From Amoebidium appalachense (Eukaryota > Protista > Ichthyosporea), in the NCBI GenBank assembly GCA_963693365.1, contig CAVNZM010000017.1, forward strand, positions 907,989-971,988: a stretch of DNA of 64,000 nucleotides, given 5' to 3'. Under the pieces are notes generated by a model. The model saw only the letters and a program-made list of their open reading frames with translations, made no database searches and was not told the origin of the DNA. This document shows, piece after piece, positions 1 to 14,000 of this stretch. Within the stretch, counting starts at the first letter, position 1. Each line of letters starts with the position of its first letter. The translations under genes and the position numbers were made by a program.

Positions 1-24
1 TATGACAGACTGGGTCCCGCGAAC

Positions 25-27
<3 letters not shown>

Positions 28-61
<34 letters not shown>

Positions 62-95
62 ATGTGTGTGTGTGTGTGTGTGTGAGTGTGTGTGT

Positions 96-161
<66 letters not shown>

Positions 162-460
162 ATGTGCGTGTGTGTGTGTGTGTGTGTGTGCGTGCCAGGT
201 GTTTGTGTTTGTGTGTGCGGGCGTGTGTGTACATGTGTGTGTGTGCACATGTGTGTGTGTGTGTGCGTGTGTGTGTGTGTACATGCATGTGCACTTGTGT
301 ATTGGTGTTTGTGCGTGTATTTGTGTGTGCGTGTATTTGCGTGTGCGTGTATTTGTGTGTGCGTGTATTTGTGTGTGCGTATATTTGTGTGTGCGTGTAT
401 GTGTGTGTGCGTGTATTTGTGTGTGCGTAAGTGTACACATGTGTGTGGGGGTGTGTGTCA
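28..460. repeat. (TG)n microsatellite with degenerate GTGTATTTGTGTGTGC units
   Basis: Direct read of the sequence; source of the spurious CV/HT ORFs. Confidence 0.95.
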
Positions 461-883
461 TGTATACAATGTCTATGACAGATAGAGGGTGTGTATCGAT
501 ATCTGTATGTGCCTGACTGTGTGTAGTAAGGCCCGCAGGCGCGCCCCCGCCAGGGGGCGCGCAGAACCATGAACTTTCTAGTTAAAACTATAGCATAAAA
601 GCATAAAATGTTCTCGATGTGTATCATTAGTTTCGGCTTGTGCAAATGCAGGCGAATTTGAAGGGGGGGGGGGGGGGGAGGGGGAAGTAGTAAATATCGA
701 GGTCCCCCGTTGTACCCCCCCCCCCCTCCCCCCCCCCCCCCCTTCACCCCAAGGTAGCCGCAGGGGTTGGTGTGTCTCCTCCCCCCGAGTTGGTGGTGGG
801 TCCCCCCCCCTCCCCCCCTCCCCCTGTGCGCGGCGTGATCATGGCTAGAGTCTTTTTTCCACCCACCAAAGCTTGTATTCGTT

Positions 884-1840
<957 letters not shown>

Positions 1841-1913
1841 CCCTCCCCTGCTAGCCGAAGGGATAGGACGGTTCTTCCCCCTCCCCCTCCCTGCCAACCC
1901 TGCCCCCCCCCCC

Positions 1914-1945
<32 letters not shown>

Positions 1946-2422
1946 ATAACTATTCCCCCCCGCCCCGTTTCAAAATTAGGGATATCCCTTGCTATGTTTG
2001 GCACAGAAGGAGGAAAGTTTGGCTCGGCCACTTGTTGTGGGCATCTCACAGACAGGTAGGACCGGCATGGCTGTTACTTGAAAAAATGTGCTGCCTTTAA
2101 AAAAAAAAAAAAGGAGTCTGCTAGTTTTCGGTAGCATAGATGACAATATTGCTGGTATGTATGGGGCAGGAGGCGGAAATCTCTTCCGTGTGTTCTTTAT
2201 TTCGTTGCATATTTACATCTACCAAGTGGTTCACCTCATCTTGGACAAGAGTTACTTTACACATACGACTCATAGCTATTTACACGGGAAACAACTCTTT
2301 AGATCTCTCTATGATAATAAAATTAAAGACAGCAGCTTCAATACTTACATTCCGTAACCCATATGCCAATACCACCGTGAATCCGCCCTTTAGGCTACCC
2401 ACTAGGCTACACCACCCAAAAC

Positions 2423-3373
2423 CTAAGCACCGCGCGACATTCTGATCGCCATTATGTAATCAGCAGCCTCTGTGGCCGTGCACCGAATATCCGGGTCAGG
2501 GCACAACACACTCTGCAGCAGCAACAAAACATCGTCAGGGAACGAATTCCACCTCTTTGCCTCACCGGGAGAGTGCGTCCCGTGAATGTAAAGAAAGAAC
2601 TCAGAGTCTCCGGTGACTGCTCTAGCCCAAGGAAATCTTCCAGTGATGAGAGAATAAAGAACGATACCGGCTGACCAAACGTCGGCCTTTGCAAGATCAC
2701 AGCACACGTTCACCAAAACCTCGGGTGCAATGTATGGGATGGTACCCGACGCTTTGCTCGCAGCCGCGCCGTCGCCCAAACGTGCCGCGAAGCCGAAATC
2801 GATCAACTGGAGGAACCTTCTCGATTCATCCAAAACACAGTTCTCTCCCTTCACGTCGCGGTGTGCGTAACCGAGTGAGTGCAGATGTGCAAGCCCACGG
2901 AAGATTTGCTCAGCGTAAGAGAGGGCAGTGTCGATAGGGAGGCCGGTGTCGGGAGGAATAGCGTCCAAAAGATCCCCACCCTCCGAATATTCAACAACGA
3001 AAACAACGTCTTCGTTTGACTGAAATGCGTCGTAGAGGCGTGCGATTTGCGGGTGTGGGTGCTGGCTGATTACCGAGTGGATTTTCTCCTCGCGGTAGAG
3101 CGCGTGTGCGTTTTTGTCCGTGATTCTAACTCGTTTGACTGCGACTTTTTCACCTGTGCGCATATCTACTGCAAGATCAATCTTTCCAGAGGAGCCTGAG
3201 GCAATATCGTTCCTTAGCACTTTGTAGTTTTTCATACCGCTGTGTTTGTGGGTGTGGTGTGCTTTGAGACATGTTGTGGGGCAAAAAGATGTGGCAGCGG
3301 GCTTGAGTTGTTTCAAAGCAGCCATGCGGTTGGCAACGCATGCCGGCACAAACTCCGACAACTTGTGCTGCAT
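2423..3373 (-). CDS. Ser/Thr protein kinase (CAMK/Chk1-like group), intronless, 316 aa
   Basis: ASGSSG Gly-loop, VAVK, HRDVKGEN, DFG, GTIPYIAPE, DVWSAG and DIRCT motifs in a single ORF. Confidence 0.95.
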   Translation of the reverse strand: MQHKLSEFVPACVANRMAALKQLKPAATSFCPTTCLKAHHTHKHSGMKNYKVLRNDIASGSSGKIDLAVDMRTGEKVAVKRVRITDKNAHALYREEKIHSVISQHPHPQIARLYDAFQSNEDVVFVVEYSEGGDLLDAIPPDTGLPIDTALSYAEQIFRGLAHLHSLGYAHRDVKGENCVLDESRRFLQLIDFGFAARLGDGAAASKASGTIPYIAPEVLVNVCCDLAKADVWSAGIVLYSLITGRFPWARAVTGDSEFFLYIHGTHSPGEAKRWNSFPDDVLLLLQSVLCPDPDIRCTATEAADYIMAIRMSRGA

Positions 3374-3599
3374 TTTGGGTGTGTATAATAATGAACTGAA
3401 CGCTTTTAAAAAAGTATATTGTTCGTGTCTATGCTTAGCTACTCAGCTATTTTGTATACATGCTATAACGTTTGTTTAGTTTAAATGCTTGTGTCTATGT
3501 TTAACTACTTAAGCTACTATGTATGTATTTCTTTGGGTGCTGTGTTTCGCAGTAGTGACTGCAACCCGGAAAGGGGTGTTGAATGAGCGATAGACTGGG

Positions 3600-3720
3600 C
3601 TTTTCCAAATATATATACTTTTCGGAAGTGTACAGTCAGCCAATCATCGCGTTTGTTCAATGGACCAATCAGCGCATTCTAAACAAGCAGATTGGAATGT
3701 GTTCGCATTCTATAAACACC
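3600..3720 (-). promoter_or_regulatory. Putative kinase promoter (TATA-like and CCAAT boxes)
   Basis: TATATATA at ~3610 and CCAAT/ATTGG at ~3640, ~3665 and ~3691, 240-320 bp upstream of the ATG. Confidence 0.35.
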
Positions 3721-5604
3721 GGCTACATTCCGCTGCGTCCTGGCGTCCATTCATTTTCCAAACCACTTTACCGCTGTAATGTAATAAAGAGTTTATTTTA
3801 AAAAAATAACAGTAAAAAATGCTCTAGCATTTTTTGTGTTTTTTTCCTATTAGTGGCTTTGAGTACTTGTAGTCGCCAGAACGACGATTCAGAGTCTGCG
3901 TCCCTTGGGTAGCTTTTATCCGCTCTGGTATGCTGGTTTTTCTAAGAACCAATCAACAAACAGACTCGCACAGGGACGTGCTTTCTACCAATCAATTACA
4001 GTTACTGAACAATTATGGAACGCAGCTACTGGCCCAGTCTGGCCGGCCTGGCCGCCTGTTCCCCGCGCTCGAACATGAGTGACAGGTGGTTATTGTAGGC
4101 ATTTTTTGTATAGATGTATGGTTTCACTGTGTTTTAAGGTATGTGTTGTGTGTTTCGTAGTGCGTTTGTTGGTGTACAAGATAGTGTTTCGTATAAACCA
4201 GCTATGCTATAAGGTGCTCAGCCAAGGAGTAGTTACATCAAAAGGAGGTGAGACCTGGGGAGCTCGAGGCCATGGGCCATTCACCACACCTCCCTAGCTG
4301 CTGACGGTTTAAAGTGCAATTGACACACCCTAATGGACTAGCGCCAAGTCCCTGCCCCAGGCGTCCTTATAGCTATGCGTGCTGGTAGTGCCTGATGTAT
4401 GGCTAGTGCTTACCCCTGAAAGCACGAACGAAAACCAGAGATGTACACCGTGTGTGTGTGCGTCGCCAAACTGTGCGGGTGTCTAATGTACAGTCGATGA
4501 GGAAAAGGCATTCGTCTACATTATGATGGTGCATTCCGAACATTCTATTTGCCACGAGAAAAGTTTAAAACTTCTCATGACTAATATCAGTCTGTGAGTC
4601 AGCGCCGCCGCGTGAGCGTGGGCCCAGGGGCCAGGGGTTGCCCGGTTTTGGCCCCCTTAATCGTTTTACCTCAAATGGGTATCGTATTGTCGGAAAGTCT
4701 TGTTCATATTGGTGGGGTCCTTTTCAATGTAGACCTGTGTGAACCCCGTATTGTTTGTACTTTCAGATACTGTTTTCGTATAAACTTTCGCTTTATTAAT
4801 ATTATGAAACCCCGAGAGAGAAAACAGGGCTTCGTATTCTGCTGTTCGAGCACAAGAAATACCAACAGACCACTTTTTTTTTTTTTGAAATCATTCATTT
4901 TTACACGCTTGAAGCCTATATAGTTGTTACGAACGGTGAATACGGCACCTCACAGGGCTACAATATTGGCCCCTGTGCGATTCGTAAAGCAAACCATTTG
5001 CGTGGGCCGCTGCGTGCCCCTAGGCAGCCAATCAAGATCGGCTCCATTGAACGGATGAAAGGTGCTTAGGGATGGGGGGCTGGTGAGAAAGAAGAACAGG
5101 TGGACAGAAGTGCGAGTGGTGGAATTGTAAGAAGGGGGAGGAGGAGGCCCGCCGGTGGAGAGGGAAGAAGAGAGGCGAGGGGCAGAGGAGGGGGGGGGGG
5201 GGGGGGGGGGGGAGACTCGCAAATAGAACGGCACGCGATTTGCGAGTCGCGAGTCTCGTGCTGTTCTATTTGCTAAGAAATTGCATTCTTTCAGATCACT
5301 ATGTAATTCAATATCTAATACCTTATTGGTCAAAATACGCATTCCATAAATATTGGAAGATTCACAGGTTTGGCGTACAGAACAATTCTTCATGGAGATT
5401 GTGACAGAGATTTCGTAGAGGAATGAATAGAACACTCTAGTTACAAAGGCAAACGTAGAAGTAAAACCCATGAAACTAGAAACCTAAACCCTTAAAGAAC
5501 AAACCAGTAAACCCAAAACGGTTGTGTGTGCGGTGTTTTTTGGTGTTGTATATGTACGTGTGGGTGTGTATGTATGGTGTACATGTAGTTCGCCTGGCCG
5601 GACT

Positions 5605-5638
<34 letters not shown>

Positions 5639-5769
5639 GAAGGGGGAAGGGGGGGGGAAGGGGGGGGGGGGGGAGGGCGGGGGGATGGATTGATAATTAA
5701 GTACGCAGTACTATCCGCGATGGCAACACATGTCAGGCACAGAAATTATGCATTTTAGGCAGATTTGCT

Positions 5770-5830
<61 letters not shown>

Positions 5831-6907
5831 CTCGAGTACTCAGTGCAGATGCATGACAAACCAAGTCCTTTGGGTGGGCGGGTGGGCGGGCGGGCGGGCG
5901 GACGGGGAGGGAGGAGGAGAGGAGAGGGGAGGGGGGGGGGGGGGGGGGGCAGAGTATGCAGTAGCAGTGCATTACGGGTCACAACTTTCAGGCAGTGGGG
6001 ATGCAAGATAAACAGGTTTCGGTGTGTGTGTGTGTGTGTGTGTTGGGGGGTGGGGGTGGGGTGGGGGGAGGAGGGGGGGGAGGGGGGGGAGGGGGATCGG
6101 GGGCAGGAGGGAAGGGGAAGGGGGAGGGGGGGAATGAGAGAGAGAAAAAAAAACCCCCTTTGAAAAAAGGGGAGGGGGGGGGGGGGGGGACGGGCAAAAA
6201 GGGCGCAGAGTGGAGTATGCATTACCGATGCGCTATGGGCAACGGAGTGCAGGCACTGAGGATGCAGCAGAGGCAGATTTCATCATTGGGGAGAAGGGGT
6301 GGGGGGTTGAAGAATGGGGCTGGTGGGGAAGATAAGGGCTTAAGGGTGGGGAGTCGGAGTGGGGTGGGCGTGGGGGGCGGGGGGTAGGGGGGAGGAGGGA
6401 GAGGTGTTGGGGGATCAGGTATTCTTCCAAGTGTCTTCCTCAAATGTCCAATATGCAAAAGAGGGGGAAATTCAGAAGGGGAGGTCCGAGCTTGTGTATG
6501 TGGACAGAAGGTGTTGTTTACGGTGGTTGTGGGGCAGGGGGGGGGGGGGGGGGGGGGGGGGAGGGAGACTCTGAGGGTCTAGAGGTGTGACTATTGAGAG
6601 GGTGTAATAAAAGTTTTTTTTTTATTTTATCACGTTTTGTTCCCGGAGGCCTTTTCAGGCCCTCTAGGGAAACTACCGTCTACCACACAGCACCGACAGT
6701 ACACTAGTTAAGGTGCTATCTATGAGTTCAGCTAAGCTAAACCATCCTTCACAACCTAACTATAAGTACACACTTTGCCCAGGGCAGCCACGCCGGCAGG
6801 AGGCTCCAGTCCTCCCCTCCATTCAAAAACCTAGCAATAAACGTTAACCGAGGGCTCTCATTGGTCGATCTACAGTATTGGGAAGTCCTAGGTGTTGTGT
6901 ATAATAT

Positions 6908-9777
6908 TTACGGTGGGTATGGGTGGATGATGGGGTGTGGTGGTGGTGGTGGTGGGGGGTTGCTGCCTAACATTATGTGTTGGTGTACGTATGTTGTGGC
7001 GATGTTTTTGTGGACTAAAAGGTGGGTTTTACAGGGCACACCGGGTCTGTGGGTGTTCCGGCATTCAGAACAGGCCGGCCGGGTGTGTGTGGGGGGTGTA
7101 TTTGTTGGTTTTTTGGGTTTTTGGAGAGCCATACTTTTCTTTCTACGGGTGGTGGGTATATGGTGGTGTTTTTGCATTTTAGGGTGGGTGGGGGGGAGTG
7201 TTGTGTTCCGTGGGTGCCAAATTTTTGCAAAGAAAAAGGATTGCAACTCTACTGTGATTTTTCCTAAGATGGCCCGGGTGGTGGTCTTGGTGGTGCCGGT
7301 GGCTGCAAGTAGTGGGCCCACCGATCGTGGGCAGAATCCCCGTTCGACCCACTTGGTGTCTTCGGGGTCAGGTGGGTCACCGTTGCCTCCTATCCAGTTT
7401 ATCCATGCACATTGGTCTACCACCGTGGCTGCCGTATGGTGGTGCTGTGCCGTGGGGGTGTTTGGATGACGAGTGTGCAGGACGTTGTGGATGCAGGCTG
7501 TGATGGCGGTGGTCAGGGTGGGGACTTCCCCGGCATGGGCCGGGCAGGCCCAGAGGTGGGTGGTGGTCTCAGGGTGCTGGCTGCACCGGGGGCATGTGGG
7601 CTGTGTAACGACGGTGGGGTGATCTCGGTGTAGCCGTGCCATGGTAGGCAGGGTGCCCATGGCCAGGGACAGGCTACGAGTGTTTCCTCTGACTGCCCCG
7701 ATGGTTGCCTGTGTGGGCCCCTTGTTGAGCTTGAGGGGGTTCCGTTCGGCTGGGAGCAGTCTGGGGTCGGCTAGTATGGACATAGCCTTGGTCTTGCCGG
7801 CCATGTCGGTGAGGAAGTCCTTGTTCAACCGGTTCAGTGTACCGGGAATGTTGCCGGGGATACGGTGGCCTTGTAGTCGTAGGAAGTATTTCCCCCCCCC
7901 CCCGGGGCCGGAGGTAGGGGGGGGGGGAGGGGGAGGACTCTTCCTGCATTGGCTGCCTTGTCTGCCTCGTTATTCCGTTGACCGTACCGTTTGGTGTTGG
8001 ATTGGTGCCCCTTCACCCACGATACCTGTACAGAGCCTGGTTGCCGGAGAGAGAGTTGGTCTCGTACGTGAGCCCATTCCACTATGTGGGGGAACTTTAG
8101 CTTGCGTCGAGGGGGTGTGGTGGGGTCTATATTTGCCGTCCATCGGTCGACTACTCCGAGGTTATCGAGCTTGATGTGGATGGGGGTGGTGGTGGGGGTG
8201 AGCAGGAGGGCTAGTAGTACCCCTGTGAGTTCGGCTTGGGTGGATGATAGGGCCGTATGGAGCCTGGTCTTGGCCGTCACTGGAGGTGCTTTCCGGTCCG
8301 GGGTATCCAGTGCCGCCCCGGCTCCGGCCTGGGCTATCCTCCTGCCCGGGTGGATGAGGCTGCCGTCCGTATAAACGGTGATCGGTTGGTCTGGGGGGAT
8401 CAGGGTGATTTGCTGCTGCCACTCGTCATAGGTGGCCTGGGGCACCAAGTCGGTGTAGGTGAGCCTACGGGGAGTGGGTGGGCTCGGCAGGTCAGCCGGG
8501 TGGGCCGTGCACTTGTGTCCTGGTGGTGACCCTACCGGTGGTGGCTGCTGGGGGGGGGGGTGGGCCGGGGAGGTCCCCCGGTAAGGGTGTGGCTTCCTCG
8601 TTGGCTTGCAGGTGGAGCATCTGGGGTGATGCCTGTTGGTGGGGGGGAAGATGCCGCCGGAAATGGTGTATCTTCCTCCACTGCTCGGCCGGATCGGAGC
8701 CATCCTTCAGTGCGATGACTTGGTAGATGTCGATACTGTCGGTGTTGATGAAGTCCTTGTGGTACTTCGGGACTACCATGTGGGTGGTGATTCGGGTCTT
8801 GAAGGCCACGTAGGGGTCTGCCCGTATCACCTCCACAGCACGGGTCCACCCCACACACTGCTTGTTGTGGGTGTGATTATCGGCTGGGGGCTCAGGGGGC
8901 TCGTATTTGCTATTGGTGCTGTCGGTGTTAGAGTCCTCTGAGTCGTCGGAGTCGTCGCTGGGCCCCGTCGACTCCGATTCTGGCTCCGTGTCTAACCCTT
9001 CCCCCTCTCCGTCTGCGTACCCGGGGTTGGGGGAGAGGGTGGCCGGGGTGTAGGCTAGGTTCCATGGGGAGTGGCCGTATTTGCAGTCACCAGGGCAAAA
9101 GCGGAAATGGGCTGTTCCATGTGGGTCGTTCCACGTGGGTCGGTGCCATCTCAGCCCCTCCTCCTCTGTGTTGTCCCGTAGATGGGCTATTTTGACCCAA
9201 GCCTCCCCGTTGTGGGTGGTGTGGGCCACCACCTGGCTGAGTTCGTATTGCCCGTTCTTGACTATTTCCACCACGAATGCACCGACGGGGTGGTTTGGCA
9301 CGAGGTCAATGGTGTGGTGGGTGTGTGGTCTGGGTGCTGGCCGTAGTTTGTCTGCGATGGGGATGGCCCCCTTGATGATGGACCTGTACCACTGTGTAGC
9401 TCCCGGGTGTAGTAGGTCTGGGGGGTGGGGCAGTTCGGGGAACGCCCGGAACACCCCCGGCCGTACCATGGTGTCCTCCACCGTGTAGAGTTGACGGGGG
9501 TGTGTGTGGGGGCCGATGTGGGCCGCAAAGGTGTGGTCCGGGAAAACGGTGTTGATAGGGGTGCTGGTTGTTGTTGCTGCTTCCCCTCCTTCTCCTTGGG
9601 GGGAGGGGGGGGGGGGGTGGGGTGGGGGTGCTTGTGTTTTTTGGGGAGGGGTTTCCCCAATACTCAGGTGCCGCTCGTGAAGGATCCCCGTGATATGGGC
9701 CCAATAGTTGTGGAGCTGCTTTCCCCCTAGCCTGTAAAGTTTGGCTGGGGGTGCTTGCAGGGGGTGGGTAGGGTAGG
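6908..9777 (-). pseudogene. LINE ORF2 C-terminal half: linker, RNase H (~8400-7930), zf-RVT/CCHC (~7660-7540); frameshifts at homopolymers
   Basis: VYTDGS, SSTQAELTGVLLAL, LDNLGV and WVKGH...NNEADKAA (RNase H1 D-E-D-D); GTLPT...CPRCSQHPETTTHLWAC. Confidence 0.9.
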
Positions 9778-10485
9778 TGTTATTTTGTGTGGGTAAACGG
9801 AGAAGCAGAGAGCACAGATGGGTGTTATGTAAAACACAACACAAAGACACACGGGAAAAACACAACCGGAGAGGAGGAACGATTTCTGGAACCATAGGAA
9901 GTGAATACGACTGCTTATGATTTATTTCAAGATGAGGTCCCTTTTATACTTGGGAATGTGAAACGATAAACCAATCAAAAGGACGAAAACTATGAGTGTA
10001 AAATATATCGATTAAAATGTCTGTCGACACATAGAATATAAAACTCAATCCTCTAATGAAAGAAACTTCTAATAAAAGCACGGAAACATTTAACAAAATG
10101 AAACCACTTATGTAACTATTAATTCATAACATATATTTATACATGTTCTTATCATAACACGTCTAAATATAATTATTCCTAATAGTTGAAGAACATAGCA
10201 CAATGCTACGTCGTGGGAAAGAAATGAGAAAGGAATGTAAGTTACTATATTTGGGAAAATACAAACGAGATATGATTGGATGACATATATAGATTTTGAC
10301 GCAAACGACAATACGTGTGCGCGAGCTAAGTATGTCGATACGTACACAGATCTAAGATGTCGTGTACACGGAAACGGAAAAGAAAGAAAGAAATGAAGAA
10401 AGGAAAAGGAAACAAACTACAACAACTAATAAATAAATACCAAACAAAACTTCTAAGTCTTGCTGAGAATTAAGTGAAGATGACA
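9778..10485 (-). repeat. copia 3' LTR (663 bp shared plus 45-bp terminal extension)
   Basis: Follows the PPT; shared part is 9823-10485; the extra 9778-9822 abuts the TSD. Confidence 0.9.
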
Positions 10486-10966
10486 TCCCCACTCAAGGGT
10501 TGGAAGTTGGGTTCTCGTGAAGTTTGTTGATGTGACTGTTGATGTTAAGACTTTCACACATGTAGAAGTAGGTGCCGTGAAGTCACAGTCAAGTTTCCCC
10601 ACTCGAGAAGACAATGGAGAAGACTTGAAGGTGCAAGCCGGGGAAGAAAACCAAAACGGAAGAAGCACACAACGACGGTTGCCTCTGAAGACTCGGAAGA
10701 TGACGGTAGCCAATGACGTGATATATAAATATATATAGAAGAAACAACTAGTGTATGTGTGACGTGTTGGTGGCTAATGATAAATACATTATATATATGG
10801 TGGTATATAAATAAACGACGGATGGTGGAGAAGAAATCCCCACTGAAGATGCACACACTGAAGATCGATGAAGACAGCAGTAGACTTTCGTTGGGAGGTG
10901 TCTCTACACGGTGATGTGTAGACCACTGGCCAGGGCCCCAACCTACTTGAAGACCACTGTAGATAA

Positions 10967-11003
<37 letters not shown>

Positions 11004-11024
11004 GGGGGGGGGGGGGGGGCACAC

Positions 11025-14000
11025 TCAGTCACGAAGACTGAGTGAATCACGGTGCTGCTCGTGGGAGGGCCCGGGCAGGGGCTTGGTGAAGATGTCAGCC
11101 ACGTTGTCTTTGCTGGACACGTAGGTGACGACCACATCCCCACTCTTGATGTAGTCCTTCGTGTTGTGGTAACGGACTGCAATGTGTTTGGTCCGGTGCT
11201 TGATGCTGTTGGTGTGCAGGAGGGCAATGGTGGACTGGTTGTCACAGTAGACGGGGGTGGGGTCGGTCATCGGGTAGCCGAGTTCACGGAGGAGATCACG
11301 GTGCCAGATGACGTTTTGAACAGCAGCATTGATGGCCAGAAGCTCAGCCTCGGTGGTGGATGTTGCCGTGATGGACTGCAGTTTCGAATACCATGTGATG
11401 GGTATGCCCTTGAAGAAGATGACGTATCCGGTGGTTGAACGACGGGTGTTGGGGCAGTTGGCAAAGTCAGCATCAGAATAACACTCCAGCAAGGGGGTGT
11501 TGTCGTCGGAAGCAGACTTGTCGTAGTGAAGGCCGAGGTTGGAAGTGCCGATGAGGTACCGAACTACACGGAGTAGACATTCCCATGCAAGTTTGGTGGG
11601 GTTGGCACTGAATCTACCGAGGTAGCCGATGGCAAAGGAGATGTCGGGCCGGGAACAACGAGCAACCCACAAAAGACGGCCGAGTAGTTCACGGTAGGGA
11701 ACCTTGATGGGTGGTGAGTCGTTCTCGTTGATGGTGATGACGGTGCCGACGGGAATGGGAGTAGCCTTGGGGTGAGCATCGTTGAGGTTGAAGTCTCTGA
11801 CGATGTCGTTGATGTAGGATTGCTGAAGCAGCTTGAGGTGACCGGGGGTGTGGATGAGCTGGGTGCCAAGGAAGATGTCGGGAAGGTCAACCTTGCAGAG
11901 AGCTGACTTCATGATGTGGTCTACTAGATCCTTGGTGTGGGAGGAGTTGGCCGTGCAGATGATGATGACGTCGTCCACATAGTTGCCAGTGAGGATGATG
12001 TCACCGTTGGGGAAGGTCTTGATGTAGACACATGGATCTGAACGGAGACGTTCGAGACCGTGAGCAAGGAGGACCTTGTCGAAGTACTCATACCAGGCCA
12101 GTGATGCTTGCTTGAGCCCGTAGAGTGCCTTCTTAAGTTTCCAGACCTTGTGTTCGTTGCCGGGGGTGATGAAGCCAGGTGGTGGCTCAATGTAGATGTC
12201 TTCTTGAAGAGGACTGTTGAGGAAGGCAGTTGAGACGTCGAGTTGATGAATCTCATGGTTGCCGTCCACACCGATGGCAAGGAGGGCACGGACGGAGGAG
12301 GACATCACCACGGGGGAAGAGGTGTCACCGTAGTCAACACCGTAGACTTGAGTGAAGCCCTTTGCAACACCACGAGCTTTGATCTTGGTGTCACCGGCTG
12401 AGTTGAGGACTTTCTCAGTCACAATCCACTTGAACTTGATGATGTTGGCACCAGGGGAGGGATCAACAATGGTGAAGACATCCTTGGTGATGAAGGCTTG
12501 GTACTCGGAGGTGAGGGCAGCTATGACGGCATCACCGTTGGGACCGTTGCAAAGCTTTTGAATGCCCTTGGGGAGCTGGTCAATGTTGATGGTCGGTGCT
12601 ACGATGCTGACCAGTGCCGTTGGAGTCTTGGTGAGACGTGTAGACCGACGAAGGTTGGGCTTGGGGGGGGTCGTTGAGGGGGGTGGTGGCCGGGTAGGTG
12701 GTGGAGGCCGGGATAGGGGCATGGAAGCCAGGAATAGGACCGGTGGTGAGGGGGGCATCGGTGTCCACAGGGCTGCTCGTGGCCGAGTGGAAGGTGGGGG
12801 ACCCAGGACGAACCGGAGTCATGTAGCCGGGTTGATGCACAGCAACGGGGGGGCCGGCAGCAAGGGTTGTTGGCCAGTGGGGGGGGGGCTCGGGGGAGGC
12901 ACGGGGTCAACCGGGGCTGGTTGGTTGTGCCAGGACGGTTGGGAGATGACCACAGACGGAGTTTCATCGTCGTCATCGGAGGGGGGGTCCAATGTCGGCA
13001 GATCGGGTTTGGGGGGAACGGAGACCTGATTGGTGCTGCCCGTGAATTTCGACTCGTCGAAGATCACATCACGGCAGATCTTGATTTGGTTGCTGGCATG
13101 GTCGAGGATCTTGTGTGCCTTGGAGGGTAGGTCCCAGCCGACGTAGGTGCCGACTCTGACGGTTGATGCCAGCTTGTTCCTCTTTGACCGGGGAACATGC
13201 ACATAGGCAGGGGAGCCGAACACGTGGAGCTGGGAGACGTCGGGTTTGAAGCCGTGGAAGGCCTCGAAGGGAGTGTTGCCGTTGGCAGCAGATGACGGTG
13301 TGACGTTGATGATGTAGCTTGTATGCTTGAGAGCAGCAACCCACAACTTGGGAGAGAGAGGTTGGTCCTTGTCGGCATGGAGGAAGCAACGGACTGTCTC
13401 TTGCAGTTCTCTCATCTTCCGTTCAACAACACCATTGTGTTGTGGTGTGTCGACGGGGGCAACCTCCATGATGATGCCTTTCTGCTTGCAGTAGGCCTCG
13501 GTGTCCTTGGAGGTGAACTCAGAGCCGGAGTCAAACCGAAGATGGGTGACGATCTCAGGTGTCTGACGTTCGATGGTTTCAACGAGAGACTGAATGTGGC
13601 TGAGGGTTTCACCACGGTTGTAAAGGGGGAACACGGTGGTGTAACCGGTGGCATCACAAACACACACCAGAGCAACCTTGTAGCCTCCGTAGGAAGCACA
13701 GGGAGCTTCGAAGAAGTCCAGGTGCCACTTAGCACCGGGAATGGTGAACTTGGAACGGGTGCCGGGAAAGGGGGCCTTGGTGGTCTTGCCAGACATGCAG
13801 CCGAAGCAGTCACTGTTGTCGGGTGACTTGAGGGAGGGGGGCATGCCGATGACAAGCTCATCCTTGGCCATCCTGGTGACGGTGGAGAGGGCACGGTGGC
13901 CGAGACGGTTGTGCCAAAGGGTGAGGTCGTCGGGTGGTTGAGTCCTTGCTGTGCAGGCTTGGACCCCCGGGTGTTTAGGAGTCTCAATCACATAGTCAGT

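Noticed and set aside
10108-10347. Duplicated 79-aa ORF (also at 15724-15963)
   Set aside because: A spurious ORF within the two LTRs.
12819-12821. Programmed readthrough or frameshift inside copia pol
   Set aside because: The stop lies between IN and RT, flanked by two G-homopolymers; compensating indels (likely sequencing errors) explain it more simply.
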